20,000 nucleotides of DNA, from IMG/VR virus record IMGVR_UViG_3300042507_001994; one strand, 5' to 3'. Within the stretch, counting starts at the first letter, position 1. Each line of letters starts with the position of its first letter. Made by a program: the position numbers and the translations under genes. Source of the stretch: an uncultured virus (IMG/VR IMGVR_UViG_3300042507_001994). Lineage: Duplodnaviria; Heunggongvirae; Uroviricota; Caudoviricetes. The notes under the pieces were generated by a model. The model was not told where the DNA came from, did not search any database, and saw only the letters and a program-made list of their open reading frames with translations. This document shows positions 7,391 to 15,671 of this stretch, in pieces.

Positions 7391-10060
7391 TCATCCTCCG
7401 TAGGGCAATCCATAGGGCGACATTCTCAGCCCTGCTTGAACATCTGCAATGTTGGGCCGATCCTGTTCTTGCTTCTTCTGCTGATTCATCATTGCCATCA
7501 GCGCGAATAAGCCCTGTAGGTCTCCCATTGGCGAGCGGGTGGGCGCGGGTGGGCGCGGCGCCGGAGCGGGTGCTGGGGCTGGTGCCGGCGCAGGAGCGGG
7601 CGCAGGAGCAGGCGACGGGGCCGCGATGACATTCCCCGCGTAGTCCACGATGTTGCCCGTGGAGGACTCAAGTCCTTGATCTGCGCCGCCAGGGACGATA
7701 GCACCAGGGACGCCATTCAGTTGCTCCAACAGGTCAAAAATTTCCTGCCCATAGTCCCCTTCGGTAGCAGCAGTATCTAGCGTCAGCGTGCCGCCGTAGG
7801 TTGGGTCAAAGACGCTTTCTTGCGTTAGGTCGTAACCTTCATCCACGCTTCCGACGCCACCCTCTGGCGGCAAAGTAGGAAGAATCTCTTCCAGGATTTG
7901 CTCCCACTCGTCCTTTGCTGGTAAACCAGTATCAATGACAGGTCGTTGGGTCGCGACATCTTCATCAATGTACTTGAAGATGTCATCAAGCGACGGGGGA
8001 GGCGGCTCAACAGGAAGTGGTTCCGCAAAGGTCGGCTCTGCAGGAGGCTGCTCAACAACCGGTAATTCAACAAACGGCGGCTCTACAGGCGGTGGCTCAA
8101 CAAACGGTGGTTCGGTAAGAAATGGCTCCTCAAACTCAGGAAAAAAGGGCGGCGGCTCAACAGGCGGTGGTTCTGTAAGAAGAGGCTCTTCAAACTCGGG
8201 GAAAATGGGTGGCGGCTCAGCAAGAGGCGGCTCAGCAGGAGCGGGTTCGGTAAGGGGCGGCTCCTCAAACTCGGGGAAAAGGGGTGGTTCTGCAACAGGC
8301 AGCTCTACAGGAGGCGGCTCTGTAAAAAGCGGTTCTTCAAACTCCGGGAATAGCGGCGTCTCTTCAAAGAACGGAGGCTCAACAGGAGGCGGCTCTACGG
8401 GCTCAGGCTCAACAGGCGCCAAGTCGTAAATATTGGGCGTGAAGTATTCCGGCTCGGGCTCGAAGAACGGCGGCGCTGTGACCTCTACCGGGGGCTCATC
8501 AGACGGAGGTGCTTCTGTTGCTTCGCTGGGTGTCGTGATGTACGGCTCAACGAATTCATCCTTCGGCTGTTGAGTTTCTGGAGTGAAGATGTCGGGCTCT
8601 GCTGGCTCTGTGGGCAGCGTGACCGGCGGATTGATGTTCAGCAGTTCTTCTGCAAGATCTTCAATCGTTCTTTCAGTCTCAAAATCCCCGCTAAAAACAT
8701 CTCCTTCACCGCCTGTAAACGCGTCTTCTTCAGACACAACATCGCGTGACGGCTGAACTACATCCAGGGCCCGTGAAGGATCTCTGTATGCCTGATCAAT
8801 AACGGCTTGCTGTTGATTTTCTTCAAGCTGTTGGACAAAGTCAGTAGCCGCCGTGAGCGCCTTCATCGGGTCGATCTTGCCGGAGGTGCCAAGCTCAACA
8901 GCCCCCCGAACAACGCTTGACGGCAGACCCAAAGTCTCACTAGCAGACCCAATAGCGGAGCCTGTCAAACTACCCACGACAGCGTCGCCAAAGTCCTGCT
9001 TGCCGCTAAGCTCCCCCATGATGCCGCTGGTGATGGCACGCTCTGCAGCTTTCTCCAATGGGCCAAGGGATTCAGGCACAAGGCCGCTAACAACACTGGA
9101 CACACCTGTGCCGGCCAAGGGCAAAACGCCTGCCTTGGCTACATCGCCCAGGTCACCGCCAGTGATTGCGGACAAGCCCGCATTCACAATGCCCTTACCT
9201 ACCGCAGCCGTTACTGCAGCTTCCGAGACCCCCAATGCGCCTGCAATGCCCTTGGCTGCTTCAGCAGGAAGAAGCGCATTGCCAAGGGATGAGATTGCCT
9301 CTCCCCCGTAGCCAGGGATACCGACGACGGTTGTGGCTACCGGCAGCACAAAGTCCTTAAAGAAGGACTTGATGTCGTCGTCGTCGCCCGTCTTGGTCTG
9401 CGCAACAACCTCTCCAGACGGCAGTTTGAATCCCGTGTAGTTGTTGTAGTTATGGAAATTGCTGCGCTTGGAAACAAAGTCGTAGCCCTCTGCCCGCTTT
9501 TGGTCTACGAACTGCTGCAGTGCCCTTGTGGGATTGCCCTGCATGAAGCCGCCTTCACTATCGTAGCCGACTTCAAACATTTGCCCCTTGAACCCAAGCT
9601 GCGGCGCAACTTGAGCCCAACGGCTGTAATCTACCGGGCCCTGAGACGGCACGCCTCCTTCGTCAGTCTGAACGTAGTCAGGAACCCATTCGGAGTAGAT
9701 CTTTGACGCGGGCTCGTATGCTTGCGTAAACGGCAGTACCGCAGACTCCCAAGAGCCAAACGCTTTCTTGCTGAAAAACGGAGATGCCTTTTCAAAGCCT
9801 TCCAGCACCTTCATTGCATAGCCAAGGCGCTCCTGATCTGATGCCTTGGAAACATCCTCTGGGACGCTGTCGGCTGCGTCGGTGTAGTCACGAATGACGC
9901 GCTGCCCTGAGCCCTTGACATTGGTTCCCCAAGCGTCAAGAACCTTGTCAACCGCTGACTTGACCTTGGGGTCAACCACGCTGCGCTGCGCCATCAAGGC
10001 AGCCGGCATAACCGGCCCGAAGGAGTAGTCGATTGCGGAGTTATCAGGAGCTGTTGTCAT
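7391..10060 (-). CDS. Putative internal virion protein with Gly/Ala hydrophobic region and a long acidic Pro/Glu linker, 889 aa
   Basis: Long ORF with ATGA overlap. Gly/Ala-rich hydrophobic middle, EPP repeats and an (AP)n tract. Function inferred from position only. Confidence 0.65.
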   Translation of the reverse strand: MTTAPDNSAIDYSFGPVMPAALMAQRSVVDPKVKSAVDKVLDAWGTNVKGSGQRVIRDYTDAADSVPEDVSKASDQERLGYAMKVLEGFEKASPFFSKKAFGSWESAVLPFTQAYEPASKIYSEWVPDYVQTDEGGVPSQGPVDYSRWAQVAPQLGFKGQMFEVGYDSEGGFMQGNPTRALQQFVDQKRAEGYDFVSKRSNFHNYNNYTGFKLPSGEVVAQTKTGDDDDIKSFFKDFVLPVATTVVGIPGYGGEAISSLGNALLPAEAAKGIAGALGVSEAAVTAAVGKGIVNAGLSAITGGDLGDVAKAGVLPLAGTGVSSVVSGLVPESLGPLEKAAERAITSGIMGELSGKQDFGDAVVGSLTGSAIGSASETLGLPSSVVRGAVELGTSGKIDPMKALTAATDFVQQLEENQQQAVIDQAYRDPSRALDVVQPSRDVVSEEDAFTGGEGDVFSGDFETERTIEDLAEELLNINPPVTLPTEPAEPDIFTPETQQPKDEFVEPYITTPSEATEAPPSDEPPVEVTAPPFFEPEPEYFTPNIYDLAPVEPEPVEPPPVEPPFFEETPLFPEFEEPLFTEPPPVELPVAEPPLFPEFEEPPLTEPAPAEPPLAEPPPIFPEFEEPLLTEPPPVEPPPFFPEFEEPFLTEPPFVEPPPVEPPFVELPVVEQPPAEPTFAEPLPVEPPPPSLDDIFKYIDEDVATQRPVIDTGLPAKDEWEQILEEILPTLPPEGGVGSVDEGYDLTQESVFDPTYGGTLTLDTAATEGDYGQEIFDLLEQLNGVPGAIVPGGADQGLESSTGNIVDYAGNVIAAPSPAPAPAPAPAPAPAPAPAPRPPAPTRSPMGDLQGLFALMAMMNQQKKQEQDRPNIADVQAGLRMSPYGLPYGG
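7548..7625 (-). repeat. (Ala-Pro)n low-complexity coding tract
   Basis: Translates as APSPAPAPAPAPAPAPAPAPAPRPP with mixed synonymous codons. Confidence 0.9.
7976..8560 (-). repeat. Pro/Glu-rich imperfect coding repeats (EPPPV units, four FPEFEEP copies)
   Basis: Seen in translation, with recurring DNA GGCGGCTC(A/T)ACAGG. 195 codons contain no Lys or Arg. Confidence 0.9.
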
Positions 10061-11406
10061 GTCAGATCCCAGAACGCCATCGTGCCGATGGCATCATGCG
10101 TGCCGCTCAGTGCGCGAACCGCGATGGTGTAGGTATCGCTTACCCCCGCCAGAGTGGCGCCAAGCTGCAGATCCCAGTTGTAGTCGGCGCCATTGGCGAT
10201 TGGTGCAGACGATTGCGTTGATGCCACGACATAGCTTGAGAAGATGATCGTGCCCCCGGTCAGGGCAGTGGCCGACAGGTCTTGCTCCACATTAGCCGAT
10301 GGGGACGCTGCCCAAGAGGCGCCGGTCAAGGTGGCATTCTTGATCATCGCCACTTCAAACGTGACGGTTGAGGTCGCGGTTGGCAGCACCGAGTACCCGT
10401 CCGGGATCACAACCGCCCCCGTTCGTCCAGAAGCCAGCCTGATAGACATCAGAGGCACAAAGTTGACACCAATGTTGGTGTTGGCCGTCGTCATGCGGAC
10501 AACGTCAGTAGCCACTCGCTTCTCATAGCCACCCTCAGAAATCACCGTGGAGCAGATCTGCTTGAGCGTAGCCGCAGTGCTGACCCCAGTGTTGGTGATC
10601 TCGTACCTGACCGGCAGGATTGCCGTGGTCATGTAAACGCTGGTCAGGTTGTTGGCGTTTTGGAACGTGTGGCAGATGATGACCTGACCGTTGATGACAA
10701 ACCCAGCCCGGACGGAGCCAACACCAAGCCACTCGAAGTCTTCCCAGAAGATCTGCGCCTTGGTCAAGTCAAGCGTGAAGCCCGAGTCTCCGGTGCCATT
10801 GAGCTTGTCGCCGTTCCAATCGGCCTGGGCCACGCGGGTGTCCACCGCCACCCCCGTGACATACGTCCTGCGGACGATGTACACCGTGGTGCCGTCGCGC
10901 TCCAGGAACACCCCGTTTTCGGTGTTGAAGTAACCAATACGGATGCGTTGGTTCTCGTTTGCCGTGGGCATCACGAAGGTGTTCAGCACCAGCAGGCTTT
11001 TCCCAGGCTGGTAAGAGAATGACCGATACGTCTGGCGCACAACCTCCGAGCCGCTGCTCGTGGTGACGTTTAACTCAACCGTGCTGGAGTTGGCGCTGTA
11101 GGTCACATTGCCGCCCGTAGCGGTGCTCTCACTGAACAGGTCGTTCTTGGCGTAGCGGTTCTGGCTGTCGAACAGTGTGAAAGGCTGGCTGAAGCGAGCG
11201 CGTCCAAACGCATCCAGCGCGGAGCCGTAGAAATTAACCGCCACTGGGGATGCGCTCACAATCTGCTCCAGGAGGTTGTCAAGCTGGTTGAAGTAAATCC
11301 GCAGAACGCTCAGCAGCTTGTCGAAGTACTGCGGATCGTAGGTGCGCGAGGCGACCGGCAGTGCCGGAGCCTTGAACCGCTTGATGATGTTGGCCCAGAT
11401 ACTCAC
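10057..11406 (-). CDS. Putative tail needle/spike-like structural protein, 449 aa
   Basis: GTG start in a GTGA overlap with the upstream stop. Short N-terminal APALP...YDPQYFDKLLSVLRIYFNQLD helix, then a beta-rich domain beginning DAFGRARFSQPFTLFDS. Lies directly after the nozzle-like gene. Confidence 0.6.
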   Translation of the reverse strand: MSIWANIIKRFKAPALPVASRTYDPQYFDKLLSVLRIYFNQLDNLLEQIVSASPVAVNFYGSALDAFGRARFSQPFTLFDSQNRYAKNDLFSESTATGGNVTYSANSSTVELNVTTSSGSEVVRQTYRSFSYQPGKSLLVLNTFVMPTANENQRIRIGYFNTENGVFLERDGTTVYIVRRTYVTGVAVDTRVAQADWNGDKLNGTGDSGFTLDLTKAQIFWEDFEWLGVGSVRAGFVINGQVIICHTFQNANNLTSVYMTTAILPVRYEITNTGVSTAATLKQICSTVISEGGYEKRVATDVVRMTTANTNIGVNFVPLMSIRLASGRTGAVVIPDGYSVLPTATSTVTFEVAMIKNATLTGASWAASPSANVEQDLSATALTGGTIIFSSYVVASTQSSAPIANGADYNWDLQLGATLAGVSDTYTIAVRALSGTHDAIGTMAFWDLT

Positions 11407-13556
11407 GATTTGCGCCCGTCAGGACGAAGATCGATCCGGAACTTGCCCAACTGCCACTGCACGCCCAGCGAGTTTGAACGCGCCTTGACCGCCATCTGCC
11501 TGCCGCGCACGCGGATGTACAGGTTGCCCTGGTAGGGTGTGATGGTGCCTGAGAAGCGCTCGACGCCGTTGTTGGCGTCACGCTGGATCGTGCGCTCGTT
11601 GTTGAGTGCCACCGACATGTTGGCCGAAGGCGCCACGTTCGTCACCCCCCGCGTGTACCCGGAGCCCGAGTTCTGCAGGGGCAGGAGCGACATATTCAGG
11701 GACTGGTTCTCAACCGCTGTGGTAGACCCTGCAAAAGTCACATCAGGCAGCATCCGCGTGACAAAGCCAAAGTTGTGGCCGTCGTCAATGTCGAATTCGG
11801 AGGAAACGATGTAGGAGTCAATAGCCACTGGAGGATTCACCGACCCGTCGTCACAACCGATCTCGTGGTACAGCAGTTGATAGTTGTAGTCCGCTGCTAC
11901 GGGGATGTTGGAAAAGACACTGGCGTCGTTCCAAGCCGTCCGAGCCATGCTGCCGTAGTACCAGATCTTTTCAGCGTAGTTGTAGACGGCGTAGCGGTCA
12001 ACCGTAGTTGAGGAAGCGGAGCAGTAGAACCACCACACTTCACTGAACTGCTCAACGGTGGACGCAAAGACCTGAAGGTTTTGGCCTTGATTGAAGTCGT
12101 CAAAGATGAACTTGCGGATGTCGCACTGAAGCGTGCTCGTGCGCCCGTCGAAGACGTAGAACTTCTCGTCGCCCATCCAGTACACCACGCCCGCCGCCAC
12201 AGCCCAGGCGCGGTCACTGACGATGGTGACGTTGTCAGCAAGGATCTGCGAGCCCCAGACGATGGGCGGGCCGAGGTACTGCAGGGAGTACAGCGCCGTG
12301 TCCGTCCAGACCAGGATCTCCTGACGCGTTTGCGCCACGGCAGCGATTGCCGAGCCCCGAGACAGCGTCAGACTTCCCGCCTGCCCCGTAGCGGCGGGGG
12401 TCCAGTTGGCGGCGCTTTCCTGATCCGACCAGCGAATCAGCATGGGGTTGAGCGTGGTCGAGCCATAGTCCGTCGTGCCGAAGGCTAGGACGAAGCGCGA
12501 GGCGTCGGAGACAAGCCGGAAGAGCGCCGCAGACGGCGTGTCGCTGGCGCCGGGCAGGGTGGAGATGTCTACACCACGGTTCGTGAATCCCGCTGAAGAG
12601 TCCCAGTAATAGATCCCGCCGCCCTTGGGGCCGTAGATTAGATCCTCACCGAAGTTGGCGTGGTTCCACAGCCCGATCTGCAGGGGGTTGCCGAAAGTGA
12701 ACGCCCCGCCCCCGCCCCAGCTACCGCTGCCCCAGCCGCCCCCGCCCCAGCCCGTGCTTGTCGTACTGGTAACCTGTTGGAGTTCCGACCCAGCGCTGAC
12801 TTGGTAGTTAGACACTACCCCTGCACCACCTGAAGCACTAGAGGTAGCGTTGGTGGACGCTTGGATGAAATACGTAGCTACGTTCTCAGCGCCAAGCTGC
12901 GCGCCCGCAGGGATGTCGCTCGTAAACGCACTGCTGAGCGTGTACACGCCCGCCCCGCCCGTACCAGTGATTGTGCGCGTCTCACCGTTGTAATCCAGCG
13001 AAGCACCGGAAACAATGATCCCTGGAGAGTTGACTGCACTGACAGTCAACGTAGTGCCGCTGGATGAGCAAGTGATCAGCGTGACGTTCGAGAGGATTTG
13101 ATACTCGGAAGTACCGCCGACACCTGCGGTATTGAGGTTTATGCCACCAATAGTCCCGGGGGACGTAAAGGTGACGTAGGAACCCACCGTGAGCAGTCCG
13201 TTGACGAACGTCCCGACACCGGTAGAGGTGTCAACCACGGCGACATACGGGAAGCCGTTATAGGTGTTGAGAGACGTCAGCGCCCCAGTGACTCGGATCG
13301 GCGTGATGTCGTAGTACTGCCCGTAGTACACGTAGTACTTCAGGTGCGTGCCAAGGCCCAGGTAGATGTTCCAAGGCCACAGGGCACGACAGACACCCAG
13401 GAAGGTATCGTTGTTGAGTTGTTGCCAGCCGCCGATCTTCTCCGGTTGCCCGGAGCGAAAACGCACTTTGTCGCACTCGTACCATCCGCCTTCTGCGGAG
13501 TAGCGGGTGTTTTCCCGGAAGATCCCGGGACGAAGTTGTAGCGTCTTCAGGGGCAT
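11403..13556 (-). CDS. Tail nozzle / head-stabilisation protein (P22 gp10- or T7 gp12-like role), 717 aa
   Basis: N-terminus MPLKTLQLRPGIFRENTRYSAEGGW...DKVRFRSGQPEKIGGW, GWGGGGWG tract, LIRWSDQE, many beta-propeller-like W/Y/D strands, and C-terminus RVRGRQMAVK...WQLGKFRIDLRPDGRK. All are recalled as typical of this phage structural family. Confidence 0.7.
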   Translation of the reverse strand: MPLKTLQLRPGIFRENTRYSAEGGWYECDKVRFRSGQPEKIGGWQQLNNDTFLGVCRALWPWNIYLGLGTHLKYYVYYGQYYDITPIRVTGALTSLNTYNGFPYVAVVDTSTGVGTFVNGLLTVGSYVTFTSPGTIGGINLNTAGVGGTSEYQILSNVTLITCSSSGTTLTVSAVNSPGIIVSGASLDYNGETRTITGTGGAGVYTLSSAFTSDIPAGAQLGAENVATYFIQASTNATSSASGGAGVVSNYQVSAGSELQQVTSTTSTGWGGGGWGSGSWGGGGAFTFGNPLQIGLWNHANFGEDLIYGPKGGGIYYWDSSAGFTNRGVDISTLPGASDTPSAALFRLVSDASRFVLAFGTTDYGSTTLNPMLIRWSDQESAANWTPAATGQAGSLTLSRGSAIAAVAQTRQEILVWTDTALYSLQYLGPPIVWGSQILADNVTIVSDRAWAVAAGVVYWMGDEKFYVFDGRTSTLQCDIRKFIFDDFNQGQNLQVFASTVEQFSEVWWFYCSASSTTVDRYAVYNYAEKIWYYGSMARTAWNDASVFSNIPVAADYNYQLLYHEIGCDDGSVNPPVAIDSYIVSSEFDIDDGHNFGFVTRMLPDVTFAGSTTAVENQSLNMSLLPLQNSGSGYTRGVTNVAPSANMSVALNNERTIQRDANNGVERFSGTITPYQGNLYIRVRGRQMAVKARSNSLGVQWQLGKFRIDLRPDGRKS

Positions 13557-13560
13557 AGCA

Positions 13561-14076
13561 TTACCTCAAGAACAGCGTCCGCTCATCACGGCGGCGCTTG
13601 ACGAGGCCCGGAAGTTCTTTGCCGCCACCTTTGGTCCACTGCATGAACGCATCAGCAGCCCCTTCAATATCACCGCGATTGGCCTTCATGCGGATCTGAC
13701 TGCGCTGGAGGTTGCCTAGCCCTGCATTGAACGCAAAACTGACCAAAGCGTCGAACCGGCCTTGATGACCAGCACAGCCGGGAACCAGACGAAGAACGCC
13801 TCGTTCAAAAGCAGCGACATCCATCGAGAATAGTCTCTCGATCTCTTCCTTGGACCAGACACGGTTGTCCTCCGGCTTGAGCGGGTACTCCCGACGGATC
13901 ATCGGGATGTCCTGCGTGGTCTTGTCAGGCGGACGCACCATGGGTAGGCGAATCTGATCCTGATACAGAACATGCCCGTACCCAATGGTCCAGATGTGCG
14001 CAGGGCACAGGTAGGGCCGCGTGCGGTAGCCCTCGTACCTGTGCATGAGATCTGCGCCAACCGGGCTCAGTTTCAC
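13561..14076 (-). CDS. Endolysin, GH24 (T4-lysozyme-like/RrrD) muramidase, 171 aa
   Basis: Catalytic pattern E-X8-C-X5-T (EGYRTRPYLCPAHIWTIGYGH), FDALVSFAFNAG and LPGLVKRRRDE. GTG at 14076 overlaps the holin TGA and has GGAG 6 nt upstream. Confidence 0.95.
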   Translation of the reverse strand: MKLSPVGADLMHRYEGYRTRPYLCPAHIWTIGYGHVLYQDQIRLPMVRPPDKTTQDIPMIRREYPLKPEDNRVWSKEEIERLFSMDVAAFERGVLRLVPGCAGHQGRFDALVSFAFNAGLGNLQRSQIRMKANRGDIEGAADAFMQWTKGGGKELPGLVKRRRDERTLFLR

Positions 14077-14576
14077 TTCTTGCTCCACTGCCGACTCCCG
14101 AACCAGAAGCTGATGATGCCGCTTAACATCACCATTTCATCTTCGCTAAAGATGATGGCCGTCACGCGGATCAGGTCATCAACACTCTGGATCAGGCCAG
14201 GATGCTTCCAGACATAGAGCGTCAGGGCTGCGTTGATCAACACAAGCTCGATGATGAAGATGTAGGTGACCGTGGGGCGCACCGTCCCAACGTAGTTCGC
14301 CACCCACCGGCTGGCACGATCCAAGACCTTCTCGTCGTGCTGCAGCGCAGCCTGGGTCATCTGCGCCTCAGTCTGCATCGCAACCTGCTCGGTGCGGATC
14401 TCCTCCATCTTGGCCTGGGCGGCATAGCCCTGGGCGGCAAGCTGAAGCTCGCGCTCCGTCTGGAGCCGCGCCATTGCGATCTCGTGCTTCTGGTCGGACT
14501 TGTTCTGGAAGAACTCCAGCAGTTTTGGCAGACCGCTGATCAGGAGGCCACCGAGGGTGGAGAGCAGGCTGAGCAT
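14073..14576 (-). CDS. Holin-like protein (GTA 3TM holin type), 167 aa
   Basis: N-terminal amphipathic helix, coiled coil, VRPTVTY followed by a TM segment, and C-terminal IISFWFGSRQWSKK. Immediately upstream of the endolysin. Confidence 0.75.
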   Translation of the reverse strand: MLSLLSTLGGLLISGLPKLLEFFQNKSDQKHEIAMARLQTERELQLAAQGYAAQAKMEEIRTEQVAMQTEAQMTQAALQHDEKVLDRASRWVANYVGTVRPTVTYIFIIELVLINAALTLYVWKHPGLIQSVDDLIRVTAIIFSEDEMVMLSGIISFWFGSRQWSKK

Positions 14577-14578
14577 GA

Positions 14579-14989
14579 TTACCCCTTGGTCGTGATGACA
14601 TCATCACCGCGCTGGACAGTGACCTTGTCGCCTTCCACATTGACCTTCATAGACGGCTCATGCCGCTCAGGCTTGTCCAGCCGGTCGATCAGTTCCTTGA
14701 TGATGGTGATCTCGGGCTTCTCTTCCTTCTTGGTCTCGTTGACGATGCCGTTGACCATCTGTATTAAAGCCATGGTGGCGGTTGCCACAAGCCCAATGAC
14801 GGCAGGCAGCGCCTCGGTATTTAGGAAGGCCGACGACACCACGCCCACGAGGACCAGCAGAAAGATCCAGATGATGGCCGTCTTTCCGATGGCCTTGGCC
14901 GCGACCTCTTTTGCTGTGGCTTGAGCCTCTAGGCGCTGAAGTTCTACAGCAGCCTGTGCCTTCAAGGTTTTCAGATCAATTGGTTCCAT
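14579..14989 (-). CDS. Membrane protein with two predicted TM helices, 136 aa (possible lysis accessory)
   Basis: ATG at 14989 in a TGATG overlap, preferred over the track start 15145. Hydrophobic segments AIIWIFLLVLVGVVSSAFL and ALPAVIGLVATATMALIQMV, and a charged C-terminal tail. Confidence 0.75.
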   Translation of the reverse strand: MEPIDLKTLKAQAAVELQRLEAQATAKEVAAKAIGKTAIIWIFLLVLVGVVSSAFLNTEALPAVIGLVATATMALIQMVNGIVNETKKEEKPEITIIKELIDRLDKPERHEPSMKVNVEGDKVTVQRGDDVITTKG

Positions 14990-15261
14990 CACAACATCCT
15001 GGGTTCCCGGAAGGCTCGTGCCGGGATCACGGAAACATCCCCGTCGAGCCATGCGATTTGAACAGAGTCGGCGCTCAGAATCCAGCAGCCCGGCACGCGA
15101 ATCTTTTCCTTGATAAACAAAGCCCATCGAGCCGCGCCAACGCATGGTCCCGGCTCCCGATGAAGCTCAACACGGACCTCCCCGTCCCAGGCTTCAGCGA
15201 TTACATCGCCTGCCGCGCTGCCTGCGAGCAGCAAGCTGAGCAAGGCGACGAGATAGCGCAT
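14989..15261 (-). CDS. Small exported protein with signal peptide and two Cys, 90 aa
   Basis: ATG at 15261 with AAGGA upstream. MRYLVALLSLLLAGSAAG signal-like N-terminus, plus PGPCVG and PGCW. Confidence 0.7.
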   Translation of the reverse strand: MRYLVALLSLLLAGSAAGDVIAEAWDGEVRVELHREPGPCVGAARWALFIKEKIRVPGCWILSADSVQIAWLDGDVSVIPARAFREPRML

Positions 15262-15265
15262 GACG

Positions 15266-15367
15266 TTATCCTTTACCCTCGGCAAACACGTTCACAAATA
15301 CCGTACCGTCTTCCAACGCTTCTATCTCATGCCATTCGTTGGCGGCAAGGGTGGTGATCGGTGCCAT
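15266..15367 (-). pseudogene. 33-aa ORF, apparent C-terminal remnant of a phage cupin-fold gene
   Basis: ATG at 15367 with GGAGGAG upstream, and TAA at 15266-15268. Translates as MAPITTLAANEWHEIEALEDGTVFVNVFAEGKG, which has cupin motif-2-like WHEIEALED but no motif 1. Exactly fills the gap between two genes. Confidence 0.65.
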
Positions 15368-15368
15368 G

Positions 15369-15671
15369 CTACTCCTCCAATTTCTGTCGCAACGCATCCA
15401 ACACAAACGTCGCCTTGCGCTGTTCCAGTCGCTCTGTCAAAAGCGTGCGCTCCAGTTTGTCCTTGAACTGCAAGTCCGACAGCAACTGAATTTCCTCAAA
15501 CGACCACTGCTCAATGAGCGAGACCGGCTCCGCTGCACGGTGCGGCAATAGGCGCTCGGGCCAATGCGGCAGCAGGGCAATCATGGCCGTGTAGTTGTCG
15601 ATGTTGATCTGGTAGTGCGCGATTTCATCCTCGCGCTGCTTGATAGCTTCGGTGAGTTGTTCTTGGTTCAT
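15369..15671 (-). CDS. Small helical hypothetical protein, 100 aa (possible partner or chaperone of the beta-propeller/tail fibre)
   Basis: ATGA overlap with the propeller stop, GGAG upstream, and coiled-coil-like composition. Confidence 0.75.
   Translation of the reverse strand: MNQEQLTEAIKQREDEIAHYQINIDNYTAMIALLPHWPERLLPHRAAEPVSLIEQWSFEEIQLLSDLQFKDKLERTLLTERLEQRKATFVLDALRQKLEE

Noticed and set aside
7391..7402. 889-aa protein ends in YGG, suggesting a ubiquitin-like C-terminal di-glycine
   Set aside because: The GGA GGA codons double as the Shine-Dalgarno of the next gene (ATG 7389), which is sufficient explanation. No conjugation enzymes are in the window.
7935..8429. Plus-strand Gly/Ser-rich ORF (GGSTGGGS repeats)
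   Set aside because: Antisense reading of the EPP repeat.
14990..15145. Track N-terminal extension of the 14579 ORF (similarly 7413, 14088, 15285)
   Set aside because: These overlap upstream genes extensively. Downstream starts with SD sequences or stop-start coupling fit better.
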